NCBI GenBank assembly: GCA_963664725.1
Contig: OY761558.1
Location: forward strand, 25,938 to 89,937
DNA length: 64,000 nucleotides
From: Dehalococcoidia bacterium
GTDB lineage: Bacteria > Chloroflexota > Dehalococcoidia > Lucifugimonadales > UBA3495
Direction of reading: 5' to 3'
Shown here: piece by piece, positions 10,101 through 17,080 of the stretch
Layout: each line of letters begins with the position of its first letter
Position numbering within the stretch: the stretch's first letter is position 1
Program-made: the position numbers and the translations under genes
The notes under the pieces: generated by a model
The model's database searches: none
Seen by the model: the letters and a program-made list of their open reading frames with translations, nothing else
Told to the model about the DNA's origin: nothing

Positions 10101-11622
10101 CCGCGATGAACCATGAAACCGTGCCAACTGCACCGATTACCGTATAGGTATGCACCGGGTCCGTGCTGTTCTCAGGGAACTGCTTTGTTGTGGGGCCGTC
10201 AATCTCCAGGGCTTCCTGGGCGTCTACTACCTTTACGGTTACGCTGAAGTAAGCCTGTCCGGCGTTATTGCCGTTTCGCGGGTTTGTGTCGTAAGCGTCG
10301 ATGCCGAATTCGAAAATGCCGTCCCCGTTTTTGTCAGCGGGATTGTCGAAGTCGGGCGGCTGTTTGAAGGTCAACACTCCGTCACGATTTATGTCAAAGT
10401 AATCGCCGTCCCCACCTCCGGGTTCGACGCTGACAATCCACCCAACATCTGCGTTGAGCTCCCGCGCGCCTATTTGCCCATTATATTGGGCCACTGGCCA
10501 GGTGCCATTTTCAGCGTAGTTGATGTACCTGGGGCCCATCACTACGGGATTGTTGGCGGAGCCGCCGGGTGTTGCCTGGAGTGTCAGGCTGCCATTGCGG
10601 CCCGAAGGGTCGGTGGCGGTAACGGTGAAGGAAAAACTTCCCTTGTCATTGTAGACGTTGGGGCCCCTGGCAAGCAGTTGGCCCTTGACGGGATCTATAT
10701 CAAAATATCCGGCGTCCGTTCCACTCAGGGAGTAGCTGAGGTATCCAATTGAGGGAAAGCGATCAATGGCGTCGGCCTTGGTATATACAATGTTGCGAGG
10801 GTAGAAAAGCCTCTCACCGGGCGTTTCATTCCGACTGACGTCGATGCAAATGTCCGCCTCACCGTTTTCGCAGTTATAACCTCCGGAGGTATCGGCGGTA
10901 AGGTTCAGGGTGTAGCCCAAGTCGATGCTGGTGGGTGGTTCAATGTGCCGGGTCTTGCTGAGGGTCTTCGACCCATAAGCCTCGTCCTCATAGGTGGCAG
11001 TGACCTTGAGGTAGTTGTGGGTGCCGTCATGGGTGAAGATGGACGAGGTCGCGCTGCTGATGTCGGTGTAGGAACCGCTCTGGGTGGTGGCGCTGGCCCA
11101 CTGCCAGGTTGGAGTTCCGGTTATGCCGTCCGGGTCGGTCACCTCGGCCGAGAAATCAACGTTGCTTCCTGAACCGGGTTTCCACATCATAGTGACTGTC
11201 CCGTGCTCGTCCACGTTGCCTACGTTGACGGTTACGGTTATTTCGTCCGTGTCGCCGGACGTGTCGGTTACCACCACGGTAACGTCGTGGGAAGTGTCTT
11301 CCTCGTAGTCCAGGAGCGACCCAACCTGGAGCTGACCGCTAAACCAGTCGATGTAGAAGGGCGAAGTGCGGGAGTTCTTTATGGTGTAGATCAGCCGGTC
11401 ACTGTCGTCGTCGGTGGCGGTAATGGGCGCCCCGATGTTGGTATACGAGGCGGTGTTCTCGTTAACGGAACGGGTCGCTGTCTCAGCGTCGAAGTAGGGG
11501 GCGCTGTTCTGGGCAAAGACCTGGCTTGACAGAAGGACTGCCAACCCCACTGTCGCCAGAATGGTTAGGGCAACAGCAATTAAGGAAAAAAAAGTAGTGC
11601 CTGATAGCGGCCTGAAGTGCAT
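4108..11622 (-). CDS. giant surface adhesin-like protein (about 2500 aa) with at least 14 cadherin-like repeats, FN3 and Calx-beta-like domains, Pro/Thr and Gly linkers, N-terminal signal/anchor and C-terminal TM anchor
   Basis: Single uninterrupted ORF. GGGAGGAG precedes the ATG at 11620-11622; the track's GTG at 11628 overlaps this RBS.
- N-terminus: hydrophobic FFSLIAVALTILATVGLAVLL..VFAQ.
- Repeats: roughly 100-aa units ending in cadherin-type boundaries (VTNVNETP, VIDVNETP, VTDVDEDP, VEDVDEDP, ITEVDDPP, VTNINEDP).
- FN3: KWSPPENNGPDITGYNLKY...TEYQV.V.A.N.EGEG.WS.
- C-terminus: WPILFIALGAALLAFSLWMFLRARRQRRF. Confidence 0.9.
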   Translation of the reverse strand: MHFRPLSGTTFFSLIAVALTILATVGLAVLLSSQVFAQNSAPYFDAETATRSVNENTASYTNIGAPITATDDDSDRLIYTIKNSRTSPFYIDWFSGQLQVGSLLDYEEDTSHDVTVVVTDTSGDTDEITVTVNVGNVDEHGTVTMMWKPGSGSNVDFSAEVTDPDGITGTPTWQWASATTQSGSYTDISSATSSIFTHDGTHNYLKVTATYEDEAYGSKTLSKTRHIEPPTSIDLGYTLNLTADTSGGYNCENGEADICIDVSRNETPGERLFYPRNIVYTKADAIDRFPSIGYLSYSLSGTDAGYFDIDPVKGQLLARGPNVYNDKGSFSFTVTATDPSGRNGSLTLQATPGGSANNPVVMGPRYINYAENGTWPVAQYNGQIGARELNADVGWIVSVEPGGGDGDYFDINRDGVLTFKQPPDFDNPADKNGDGIFEFGIDAYDTNPRNGNNAGQAYFSVTVKVVDAQEALEIDGPTTKQFPENSTDPVHTYTVIGAVGTVSWFIAGQDSGLFSMSDGAVSFVNTPDYEKPFDSSDIPYDQNDYLFSIYVTDGSTGGKVEPVRIMVTDVNETPAFPDSEDGRRTISEDTGANEDIGDPFQAVDPDGPNEALEYTLGGTDALAFSIDQSTGQLKTAAVLDFESKSSYSLTVSVTDYYDTDWNYDTSADDTINVTVAVEGANEAPTIIGESTIDYPETSTLDVEDYDATDPESDTVTWSLKEVADYADLSIDTTTGVLTFDSPPDYEDPQNTDHKYLVTVVATDSNDNSSELEVTINITEVDDPPVITYNGNTGDQTILFDENDTSAVGTFVAADQDSNTITWTKSGDDASLFALSNAGVLSFISPPDYEDKRDHDTDNDYELTIEASDSVNDAEMNVTVRVEDVDEDPVVTGNTGPSVVEGSTESIATYSAEDPEGESTSWETPTGDDGSKFEISAAGKLSFKAAPDFETPGSAAGTNVYQVKVNASDGTNTGSLDVTVTVTGENETIVREGTWTASRDYPENSTDTVATYNASDPEGENIQWDLEGNDDDKLSITSAGVLTFNTIPDFEDKKDHNTDNVYEVTVVASEGVNKETQDVRITVTNVNETPVLTVVEEVTFAEGGTGTVVTFEVTDPDANTTITWSLSGADAGDFNAITKPTNEPMKGELTFKNTPDRESAADADTNNEYEITVKATDEGNEFDEMAVTIIVSDEDETPTLSGPTAFEWLENAHTTVATYDAADPEDDDIEWELLGDDKDLFNLTPQYTGASTAYLAFRSAPDFEESDAAKQDHDNDDVYEITIQATDGNPNHVQTMDVAITVIDVNETPEIGAITIDDYVENGTGDVADFSATDPEGDTLEWSLSGTDDSYFDVDDSTGVLTFKSPPDYEHEVNGTQKYTYDITVHVSDDEFTDGLDVTITVTDVDEDPVISGETDGDTTDPNFDYEENDAAPVHRFSAEDPEGTAITWDLEGVDEALFSITGGVLEFLSPPDFEDPRDSGGNNVHNITVKVTDNTGNSTTLLATVTVTNINEDPQFDAETATVSVDENTPANRNIGSPFKATDEDRVDRLTYDLSGTDATSFGMVDSHSTGAQLRTKVALDHETKDQYSVTILVRDGVDDTGDPNVTADDTINITINVTNIDENGEVTLSNEQPEEEQPITASLEDDDDGVTGLTWQWATSPTRSGSWTNATGTGATAATYTPVTADVNKYLRATASYTDAQGSGKTAHGITTNKVDPRPPDPQPPVFSQASVTRQVAENATPGTNVGQPVRATDPERKALTYTLEGTDASNFEIVQSSGQIKTKAGVTLDYETDQSHSVTVKATDPSNLTDTIAVTINIVDVNEPPGAVTINTVMASPGNQQNGLMVKWSPPENNGPDITGYNLKYAQQGTNGWEEEETSNTQKELGDLLPDTEYQVMVNAKNAEGEGTWSEVGKGRTEAKPESDWFNLTASFASPNYSVREGGTVRIRVNLDPASDRRQSITFDAASNTGSSSIFSIPSSLEFVPGNESIYLTFTARHDSDKNNETVTVSFGASMPTKVTAGTVNSTTVTISDDDKDPPPTPAPHPDPVPDPVPDPTPAPTPDPTPAPTPAPTPVPSVPSPPSTGGGGGGFFGGGSGGSGGGSTGSSGTSNDPNRPPYFNEGVSTERDVQEHANRGVYIGEPVTATDPDGDVLTYGLGGADAASFALDTATGQLITRATLDLESKASYEVVLTVTDGRGAGDAIEVTIDLTDVLEVPIYNSQTQAAGRVTPGSPATIRTPDGSAAVHFPAQSRSGYYWVRVDSAHTRCPFVSGDEELVSMLAVEFYDNWGTPETAVALLNAATVEFRLLALEYGGEEVVRRAHGLGAFQVYARDHLTGEWASARFNLNVDEAGWIIIEVPGFNQLDCFVLTAIMALFSTGQAEPTPTPTPTAIPQAGSTPSPTSTPEPGPTATAEPQGIKIPLLVPQAVVEAVEEAIEGQDEDREDLTTPTPAPVLQEAQLTPETVDEDGLSVWPILFIALGAALLAFSLWMFLRARRQRRF
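5396..5491 (-). repeat. imperfect 12-bp periodic tandem repeat (about 8 units) encoding the Pro-rich linker of the adhesin
   Basis: Plus strand reads ggtgtcggagcc ggtgtcggagcc ggtgtcggatcg ggcgtcggcgct ggtgtcgggtca ggtacgggatcg ggtacgggatcc. It encodes ..PDPVPDPVPDPTPAPTPDPTPAPTPAPTP.. on the minus strand. Adjacent 5290-5370 encodes a Gly/Ser run (GGGGGGFFGGGSGGSGGGS). Confidence 0.8.
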
Positions 11623-12161
11623 ACCCACTCCTCCCTACAACCCGGGTGGACCCGATAACCAGGAATATGACGGGCGGGGGAGTGGCCAGGGATGGTGATC
11701 GCCAAAGAAATATGAGGGGGGCAGACACCGCCTCACGCCCAACACTTCCAACACGCCCCATTAAATGCTTCACTTAGTGCGTCGGAAAGTTCCTATGCGG
11801 CGTCACGGCGGAAATAGCAGCCTGCCGCTGAACAAAGACGCAACCCTAGCTATAAAGCAACTCGAATATATCATCCTTGTGTGATTTGAGGGTATCTGCT
11901 CGATTGACCACTTTCGGGGAGTTTATGTCGACTGAAAAGAGGCAGCACCCAATTTGGACAGCAATTATTGACCTTCCGCTATCGAGCAACTGCAAACGAA
12001 GGGCAACAAGACTGCGTTCGAACTGGAAGCGATGGCTCTTGCAGAGCAGAGTGAGACTTTCATAGGTCATGTGGCAATGTGGGAAATCGTTTGGGGTATA
12101 ATTAGGCCTACCTAGTTCACTGACAATCCTTCTGGCTAAGGACCCGACGGGATAAACGGCC

Positions 12162-13187
12162 ATGTCAATTAAGGTTTCCAGAAATTTGAAGGACCTGCTA
12201 AGCCCCTCCGGAATTGCCCGAGGCACTCTGGAGTACGAGCGGCGCTTCAGGGAGGGAAGTGGGGGTGGGCTGAAGAATGAAGTCAGCGACTACAGAAGAT
12301 TCAATGAGCTCTACTATGACCTGGTAACCGACTTTTATGAGTACGGATGGGGCCGGTCTTTCCACTTCGCGCCCCGGATTCCGGGAGAGAGCTTCAGGGA
12401 GTCACTGGTCCGACATGAACACAATCTGGCGGACGCGCTTGAACTAAGAACAGGAATGGTAGCAGCAGACCTGGGATGCGGCATCGGAGGGTCACTGCTG
12501 GAGATCGCACGCTATTCCGGAGCCAAGATAGTGGGCATCAATATCAATGGATATCAACTGGAGCGGGCCCGGAGATATGGAGCGGAAGCAGGTCTGACCC
12601 ATCAGGTCGATTTTCTGAACTGCGACTTTCTGAACGTTGATGCCCGAGACGAATCCTTCGACGCAGCCTATTCCATAGAAGCGACCTGCTGCGCTCCCGA
12701 CAAGCCCAACGTCTATAGAGAGATATTTCGTCTGCTAAAGCCGGGGACGCACTTCGCAGCGTACGAATATTGCATGACCCATGCCTTCGACCCGCAGAAT
12801 CCCCACCATGTCCAGTTAAAGGCCGACATTCAGCTGGGAGGGGGACTGCTTACAATCGACGACTATCAAACCGTAGACGACGCGCTCAGGGCGGTGGGTT
12901 TTGAGGTGCTTGAAACGAGGGACCTGGCCGTTCAGGCCGGGCCGTCGGTGCCCTGGTACCAGCCGCTGGTTGGTTCGGGTCTGTCCCTGGCGAGCTTTCG
13001 CAGTTCAAACTTCGGGCGCTGGCTTACTCACAAAACGCTGATAGGGCTGGAGGCCTTGCGCATCGCTCCGAAGGGAACGGTGCAAGTTGCGGACATGCTG
13101 AATCTATGCGCTGTGGCTATGGCGGAGGCGGGACGCCTGGGCATCTTTACGCCAATGTACTTTATTCACGCCCGCAAACCGGCCTGA
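12162..13187 (+). CDS. sterol 24-C-methyltransferase-like SAM-dependent methyltransferase (ERG6/SMT family homologue)
   Basis: 341-aa ORF with the family signatures along its whole length:
- YYDLVTDFYEYGWGRSFHFAP (SMT region I, YEYGWGxSFHF).
- ADLGCGIGGS (SAM motif I).
- VGININGYQLERARRY.
- YSIEATCCAPD (cf. IEATCHAP).
- LKPGTHFAAYEY.
- VPWYQPL.
- GIFTPMYFIHARKP (cf. FTPM..VARKP). Confidence 0.85.
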   Translation: MSIKVSRNLKDLLSPSGIARGTLEYERRFREGSGGGLKNEVSDYRRFNELYYDLVTDFYEYGWGRSFHFAPRIPGESFRESLVRHEHNLADALELRTGMVAADLGCGIGGSLLEIARYSGAKIVGININGYQLERARRYGAEAGLTHQVDFLNCDFLNVDARDESFDAAYSIEATCCAPDKPNVYREIFRLLKPGTHFAAYEYCMTHAFDPQNPHHVQLKADIQLGGGLLTIDDYQTVDDALRAVGFEVLETRDLAVQAGPSVPWYQPLVGSGLSLASFRSSNFGRWLTHKTLIGLEALRIAPKGTVQVADMLNLCAVAMAEAGRLGIFTPMYFIHARKPA

Positions 13188-13214
13188 GGCAAGGGTTAAT
13201 CATCTCCGCCTCTC

Positions 13215-14669
13215 TTACCTGGGACCCAGACTGCTGGTACCCCCGTGAACGTAGGCTGTATCCCCTACCCGCGATAGCGTGATCTGCTGGCGGTACACCG
13301 TGTCCCCCAGCGGACAGTCGGTGCTGTGAAAGTCTGAAAACCATTCCACTTCCGCAGGGTTCGGCCCACCGGACAGGGCCTCGGACAGGATCCTGCCCTC
13401 CATCCCCTCCACCGGAGGCAGGCCCAGCAATCCAAGGATGGTGGGAGCCAGATCGACGTTGCCGGACGGGACATCCACTACCAGTTTATCCTTGAAGTCA
13501 GGACCCCGGGCGAACAGGATATTGTGCAGTTCGGAGTGGCCCATCGACCCGTGCTGGCCCTGGCCGGGAGCGCCCCCGGTTGAAAGAACAGTGCCGGCGT
13601 AACCGGAGGGGTTAGAATCGGGACTCCACCGGAGAGACATGGCGACGTCAGGACTGCGGGGACCCTCGCCGCCCACCAGGGCAGCCGGCAAAGTGCCGGG
13701 GATTTCGCCCACCCGTTCGGAAACGGTCAGGTTGCCGCACCAGGGCTGGGCCATGAGCCATTCGACCAGGCTGACCACGGTATTTCTGCTCCAGGGGCTT
13801 GAGTAGAAGAGGGCCGCGCCTCCATTGCTGGCAACCACCACACCGCCTGGCTCCCCGCCGACCGGAAAACCGGCCTCCCGCGCGAGGGCTTCGACACTTA
13901 CCGTTTCTCTGATGGTGGAATAGCCGTGGTCGGAAACAACCATTACGCTGGTCTCGCCGGCCTTTCCGTTTGCTTCGAGCCAATGGAGGATTCTTCCGAA
14001 CTGGGCGTCGGCCTCGGCCACTGCTTTGTCTGATAGATCGGAGCCTACGCCGCCGTCGTGTTGAGACTTGTCCGGTTCCGATGACCAGATCAGAGCGACG
14101 GACGGGTCCCGCTCCGGAAGTATGTACTCGGTCAGAATGCGAACGGCGTGGGCCATGCGAGGGGTGTTGGGACGGGATTCGGCGGGCCAGGGGCCGAAGC
14201 GGGCAATTATATCCTCGTGCAGGGCGCGGGGCAGTGCGAAGTCGGGATGAATCGTGGCGCCGCCGCAGGTTGCGGCTTTGGGGTTGTGTAGGTAGGCGTT
14301 GCCGCTGGTGCCCACGCCGATGGCAACGTATTCCTGCCCGTGCCCGGAGAGGATTTCGGCCATACCCGGGGCCAGTTGCACTTGCCCCGTCTTTTGGGCC
14401 AGCAGTTCCAGTTGGGGCTCCAAAGCCGGCATGGCGTTGTGCGGGTCGTATTCGGGTACCAGCAGGGTGTTGGCGGAAATGCCGTGGCCGCCAGGGTGAC
14501 GGCCGGTAACCATGCTGGACGCATTGGCGCGGGTAACGCTGGGATACACGGCGTGGTGGTTGGCAAAGGTTACGCCGGCGGCAACGAAGGCCGCCAGGTT
14601 GGGCATCAGCCGCTCAGTCACCTGCGCCGGCTGAAGTCCGTCGAAAACTACCACCAATACTTTTGTCAT
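13215..14669 (-). CDS. alkaline phosphatase superfamily protein, nucleotide pyrophosphatase/phosphodiesterase (NPP) type
   Basis: 484 aa. MTKVLVVVFDGL.., YPSVTRANASSMVTGRHPGGHGI (Thr nucleophile region) and VMVVSDHGY motifs are typical of PF01663. GGGGGTGG lies upstream of the ATG. Confidence 0.8.
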   Translation of the reverse strand: MTKVLVVVFDGLQPAQVTERLMPNLAAFVAAGVTFANHHAVYPSVTRANASSMVTGRHPGGHGISANTLLVPEYDPHNAMPALEPQLELLAQKTGQVQLAPGMAEILSGHGQEYVAIGVGTSGNAYLHNPKAATCGGATIHPDFALPRALHEDIIARFGPWPAESRPNTPRMAHAVRILTEYILPERDPSVALIWSSEPDKSQHDGGVGSDLSDKAVAEADAQFGRILHWLEANGKAGETSVMVVSDHGYSTIRETVSVEALAREAGFPVGGEPGGVVVASNGGAALFYSSPWSRNTVVSLVEWLMAQPWCGNLTVSERVGEIPGTLPAALVGGEGPRSPDVAMSLRWSPDSNPSGYAGTVLSTGGAPGQGQHGSMGHSELHNILFARGPDFKDKLVVDVPSGNVDLAPTILGLLGLPPVEGMEGRILSEALSGGPNPAEVEWFSDFHSTDCPLGDTVYRQQITLSRVGDTAYVHGGTSSLGPR

Positions 14670-14828
14670 GCCACCCCCAGAAAATGTGGGTCAAATCTGA
14701 CAACGGTCGTTTCCGCGTGCCTTATCTGGAAAACTCTTGGCCAACCATACCTGCGGGGATGAAATCTGCAGCGCAAGTCCCCGTACACAACGGTAATCTC
14801 TCCACGATCTACCCGGCTTCCAAGTCAA

Positions 14829-16817
14829 TCACCCCTCGCCGCCGTTTGCCGTAAAGTAGTCGTACTTTCTTCCCGCCAGGTCTACTACCTCAGGAATATC
14901 CTCTTCCAGAAGGTAGCCCTCATCCACCAGGTCCGTTGCGGCCTGGGTCACCTTCTCCAGGTAATCCTCCCGGTCGGCATAACGTTCTTCAATGGAAGCC
15001 CGCGGATCCCCGGCGGCTTCCCTTTCGGCCTGGGTAGCCGGCAGGGGCAGGGTCCAGCCGGCCAGGCCGCCGGTGATGCCGATGTAAAGGTTGGAATTGC
15101 CGATGCTCTCGTCGCGGAGGTTCCAGCCGGTATAAGTGGCCACGGGCACCGACAGGTCGGGCAACCGGATGCCGCCCCGTTCGTTGAAGGACTCGTCGAG
15201 GTCGGCAACCAGGGCCGGAAATTCTTCTCCTTCGATGGCGGGAAGGGTGGTAGTGCGACCCAGGTGCGCTTTCGGACCGTAGTCCAGCCTGATGGCCCGG
15301 GTGGCCTGAGAAGGGACCCGTACGCCGGGCAATCGGGCGAACCGCTCCAGCAGCGTATGAGATTCCACCGCGGTACCGTCGTCGAGGCTGGGATGCCGAC
15401 TGTGCGGCGGTTCTTCGCCCGTACTCACCCAGCGATCCAGGTTTTCCAGCACTGCCCGCGACAATGGAGCGTAGTCCACGCTGTTGAAGGGAAGTTGACC
15501 CTTGATACCATCGGCCGTCCGGATTTCCAGGGGAGGAAACTCCCCCGAGCCGTGCTGGCAGCCGGCAAAGTGGTAGCGCCGGACTGTCGGGGCCTGCGGC
15601 GCGTCGGTCAGGGTCTCCAGGTCCGTATGGATCAGGGCAGCATCGCCGCGCCAGTACTCGGCGGAGGTATTGGTGAACATAATCCTGGGCAAGGGACCCC
15701 GCCGCTCCATAGCCTCCAACATGGAGCCCTGGTCGCCGGTTACCGGGTCGGTCTGCATAGTGTCGGTGAAGGGGAACATTTCGGGGATGATGTAGCACAC
15801 ATCCTTGGACGGCTGACCAAAGCGCAGGTTAAACTCGCCGCGCATTCCACCCGCAACGTGGGGCAGGATACCGTCCAGCGACGGGCGACCTTCTTCGTCC
15901 TGATTTATGCCCACGTGGATGTACTGACGGAGGAAGCGCCCGCTCTGGGACCGGCCCATGGCGTAGGCGTAGTCGATATCACCGGCGCACGGGTTTCCGG
16001 TGGAAGCGGGGGCGTACTTCAAAAAGGAAACCGCATCCCGCATGGCGGCAAAGCCCAGACCCACGATGCGGCTGCCGGTGGTGGTGTATACCAGTTGGTA
16101 AATCCTGCCAGGCTCAAACCCGGAAGGCATGTAAACGTGGTTGTAATCCGGCTCCACGTCCTCGTCTTCCACCCTCACGAAGGACCACTCTCCCCGGTCC
16201 ACGGGCATGGCGGGACTGTTGGGCAGGTCGCGCACCGTGAGAGTGGCCCCCGCTTCTTCGGGGTCGGCGGCCGGATTGGGCAGGTGCTGACGGTCCGCCA
16301 ACAGGAACACCGGGGTTGGCTGGTCGCACTGGAACTGGCACATAATCTGGCCCGTTAAGGGGCCTTCCGGGCCGGCGGCCTCGGGCACGTGCAAGCCAAT
16401 CAGGCCGGGTGTGGGTGGAACATCGGCCTGCCATCCGGCCCACACCACGGTGTAACCGCGGCGCATCAGGTAACCGTTGCCAGCCTCCAGGGGCGCCGTG
16501 GGGTCGGTGGCGGTGGGGACACTGTTCAAGGTAAGGGCGGTCTTGCGGCCCCGGTTGACCACGTCAAATAGGATGCGGCGATTGCCCTGGTCGGCGTTCA
16601 CCGGGCGGAGTACGGCGAAGTCTGCCGAAAACTCAACCTTGCCGGTGGAATTGCGGGGCGCCAGGTCCAGGTCGGTAATGCCCTGGTTGCTGGGGTGTTG
16701 AGGATCTACGGCGTAGTGGGCCGTTCCTTCCAGCAGTTCATAAGGGCCCACTTCCCCAAAACTCTCGCCACCAGCAAAGCTGCTGCGCTTGGTGATTTCC
16801 AGTTCAGTAATTGCCAC
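14829..16817 (-). CDS. large conserved hypothetical protein, putative alpha/beta-hydrolase-like (GRSQSG motif)
   Basis: I trimmed the track ORF (to 16934) to the in-frame GTG at 16815-16817, which is preceded by GGAGGAG. N-terminus: VAITELEITKRSSF... It contains a GxSxG-like YAMGRSQSGRFLRQY and a C-terminal ..GDPRASIEERYADREDYLEKV.. segment reminiscent of 'alpha/beta hydrolase domain-containing' families. The functional call is tentative. Confidence 0.5.
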   Translation of the reverse strand: MAITELEITKRSSFAGGESFGEVGPYELLEGTAHYAVDPQHPSNQGITDLDLAPRNSTGKVEFSADFAVLRPVNADQGNRRILFDVVNRGRKTALTLNSVPTATDPTAPLEAGNGYLMRRGYTVVWAGWQADVPPTPGLIGLHVPEAAGPEGPLTGQIMCQFQCDQPTPVFLLADRQHLPNPAADPEEAGATLTVRDLPNSPAMPVDRGEWSFVRVEDEDVEPDYNHVYMPSGFEPGRIYQLVYTTTGSRIVGLGFAAMRDAVSFLKYAPASTGNPCAGDIDYAYAMGRSQSGRFLRQYIHVGINQDEEGRPSLDGILPHVAGGMRGEFNLRFGQPSKDVCYIIPEMFPFTDTMQTDPVTGDQGSMLEAMERRGPLPRIMFTNTSAEYWRGDAALIHTDLETLTDAPQAPTVRRYHFAGCQHGSGEFPPLEIRTADGIKGQLPFNSVDYAPLSRAVLENLDRWVSTGEEPPHSRHPSLDDGTAVESHTLLERFARLPGVRVPSQATRAIRLDYGPKAHLGRTTTLPAIEGEEFPALVADLDESFNERGGIRLPDLSVPVATYTGWNLRDESIGNSNLYIGITGGLAGWTLPLPATQAEREAAGDPRASIEERYADREDYLEKVTQAATDLVDEGYLLEEDIPEVVDLAGRKYDYFTANGGEG

Positions 16818-17080
16818 GGCTCCTCCTGTCGGCTTGCGGGATGTGGTAAGGGGTCGGTTTCGAGGCCCCGGTCGCCCGTACTTTGGGAGGATTTTAACAC
16901 CTGGAGAACAAATCGTGGCGCCAACTCTGTTCATCCAGACATACAGGCGGTGGTGAAGTAAAAAGGTAGCCGGACGAAGCCTTCCTGCCCGGGAATCGAG
17001 GCTGCGCAGCGGGAACTGCCATAAGGCGCAGTAAGCTATAATTCAAGCCGCAACAATAAACCCAAAACTGAGAGGCACCC

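Noticed and set aside
4084-11529. Many 100-500-aa plus-strand ORFs (e.g. 7987-9471, 6862-7599, 5276-5809) overlapping the adhesin gene
   Set aside because: All are antisense to one continuous, domain-rich 2500-aa ORF. Their products are repetitive Val/Gly/Arg strings that mirror the repeat structure of the real gene.
11846-12226. 126-aa minus-strand ORF and 62-aa plus-strand ORF (11877-12065) in the adhesin/SMT spacer
   Set aside because: The long version overlaps the SMT-like gene start. There are no family motifs, the RBSs are weak or absent, and the two ORFs are mutually antisense. They are mentioned only as untested small-ORF possibilities.
16578-16590. 13-nt exact match (GCGATTGCCCTGG) to the right TIR of the MITE-like element
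   Set aside because: It lies inside a well-supported CDS, where it encodes ..DQGNRR.. on the minus strand. There is no partner inverted repeat or duplication nearby, so it is most likely coincidence.
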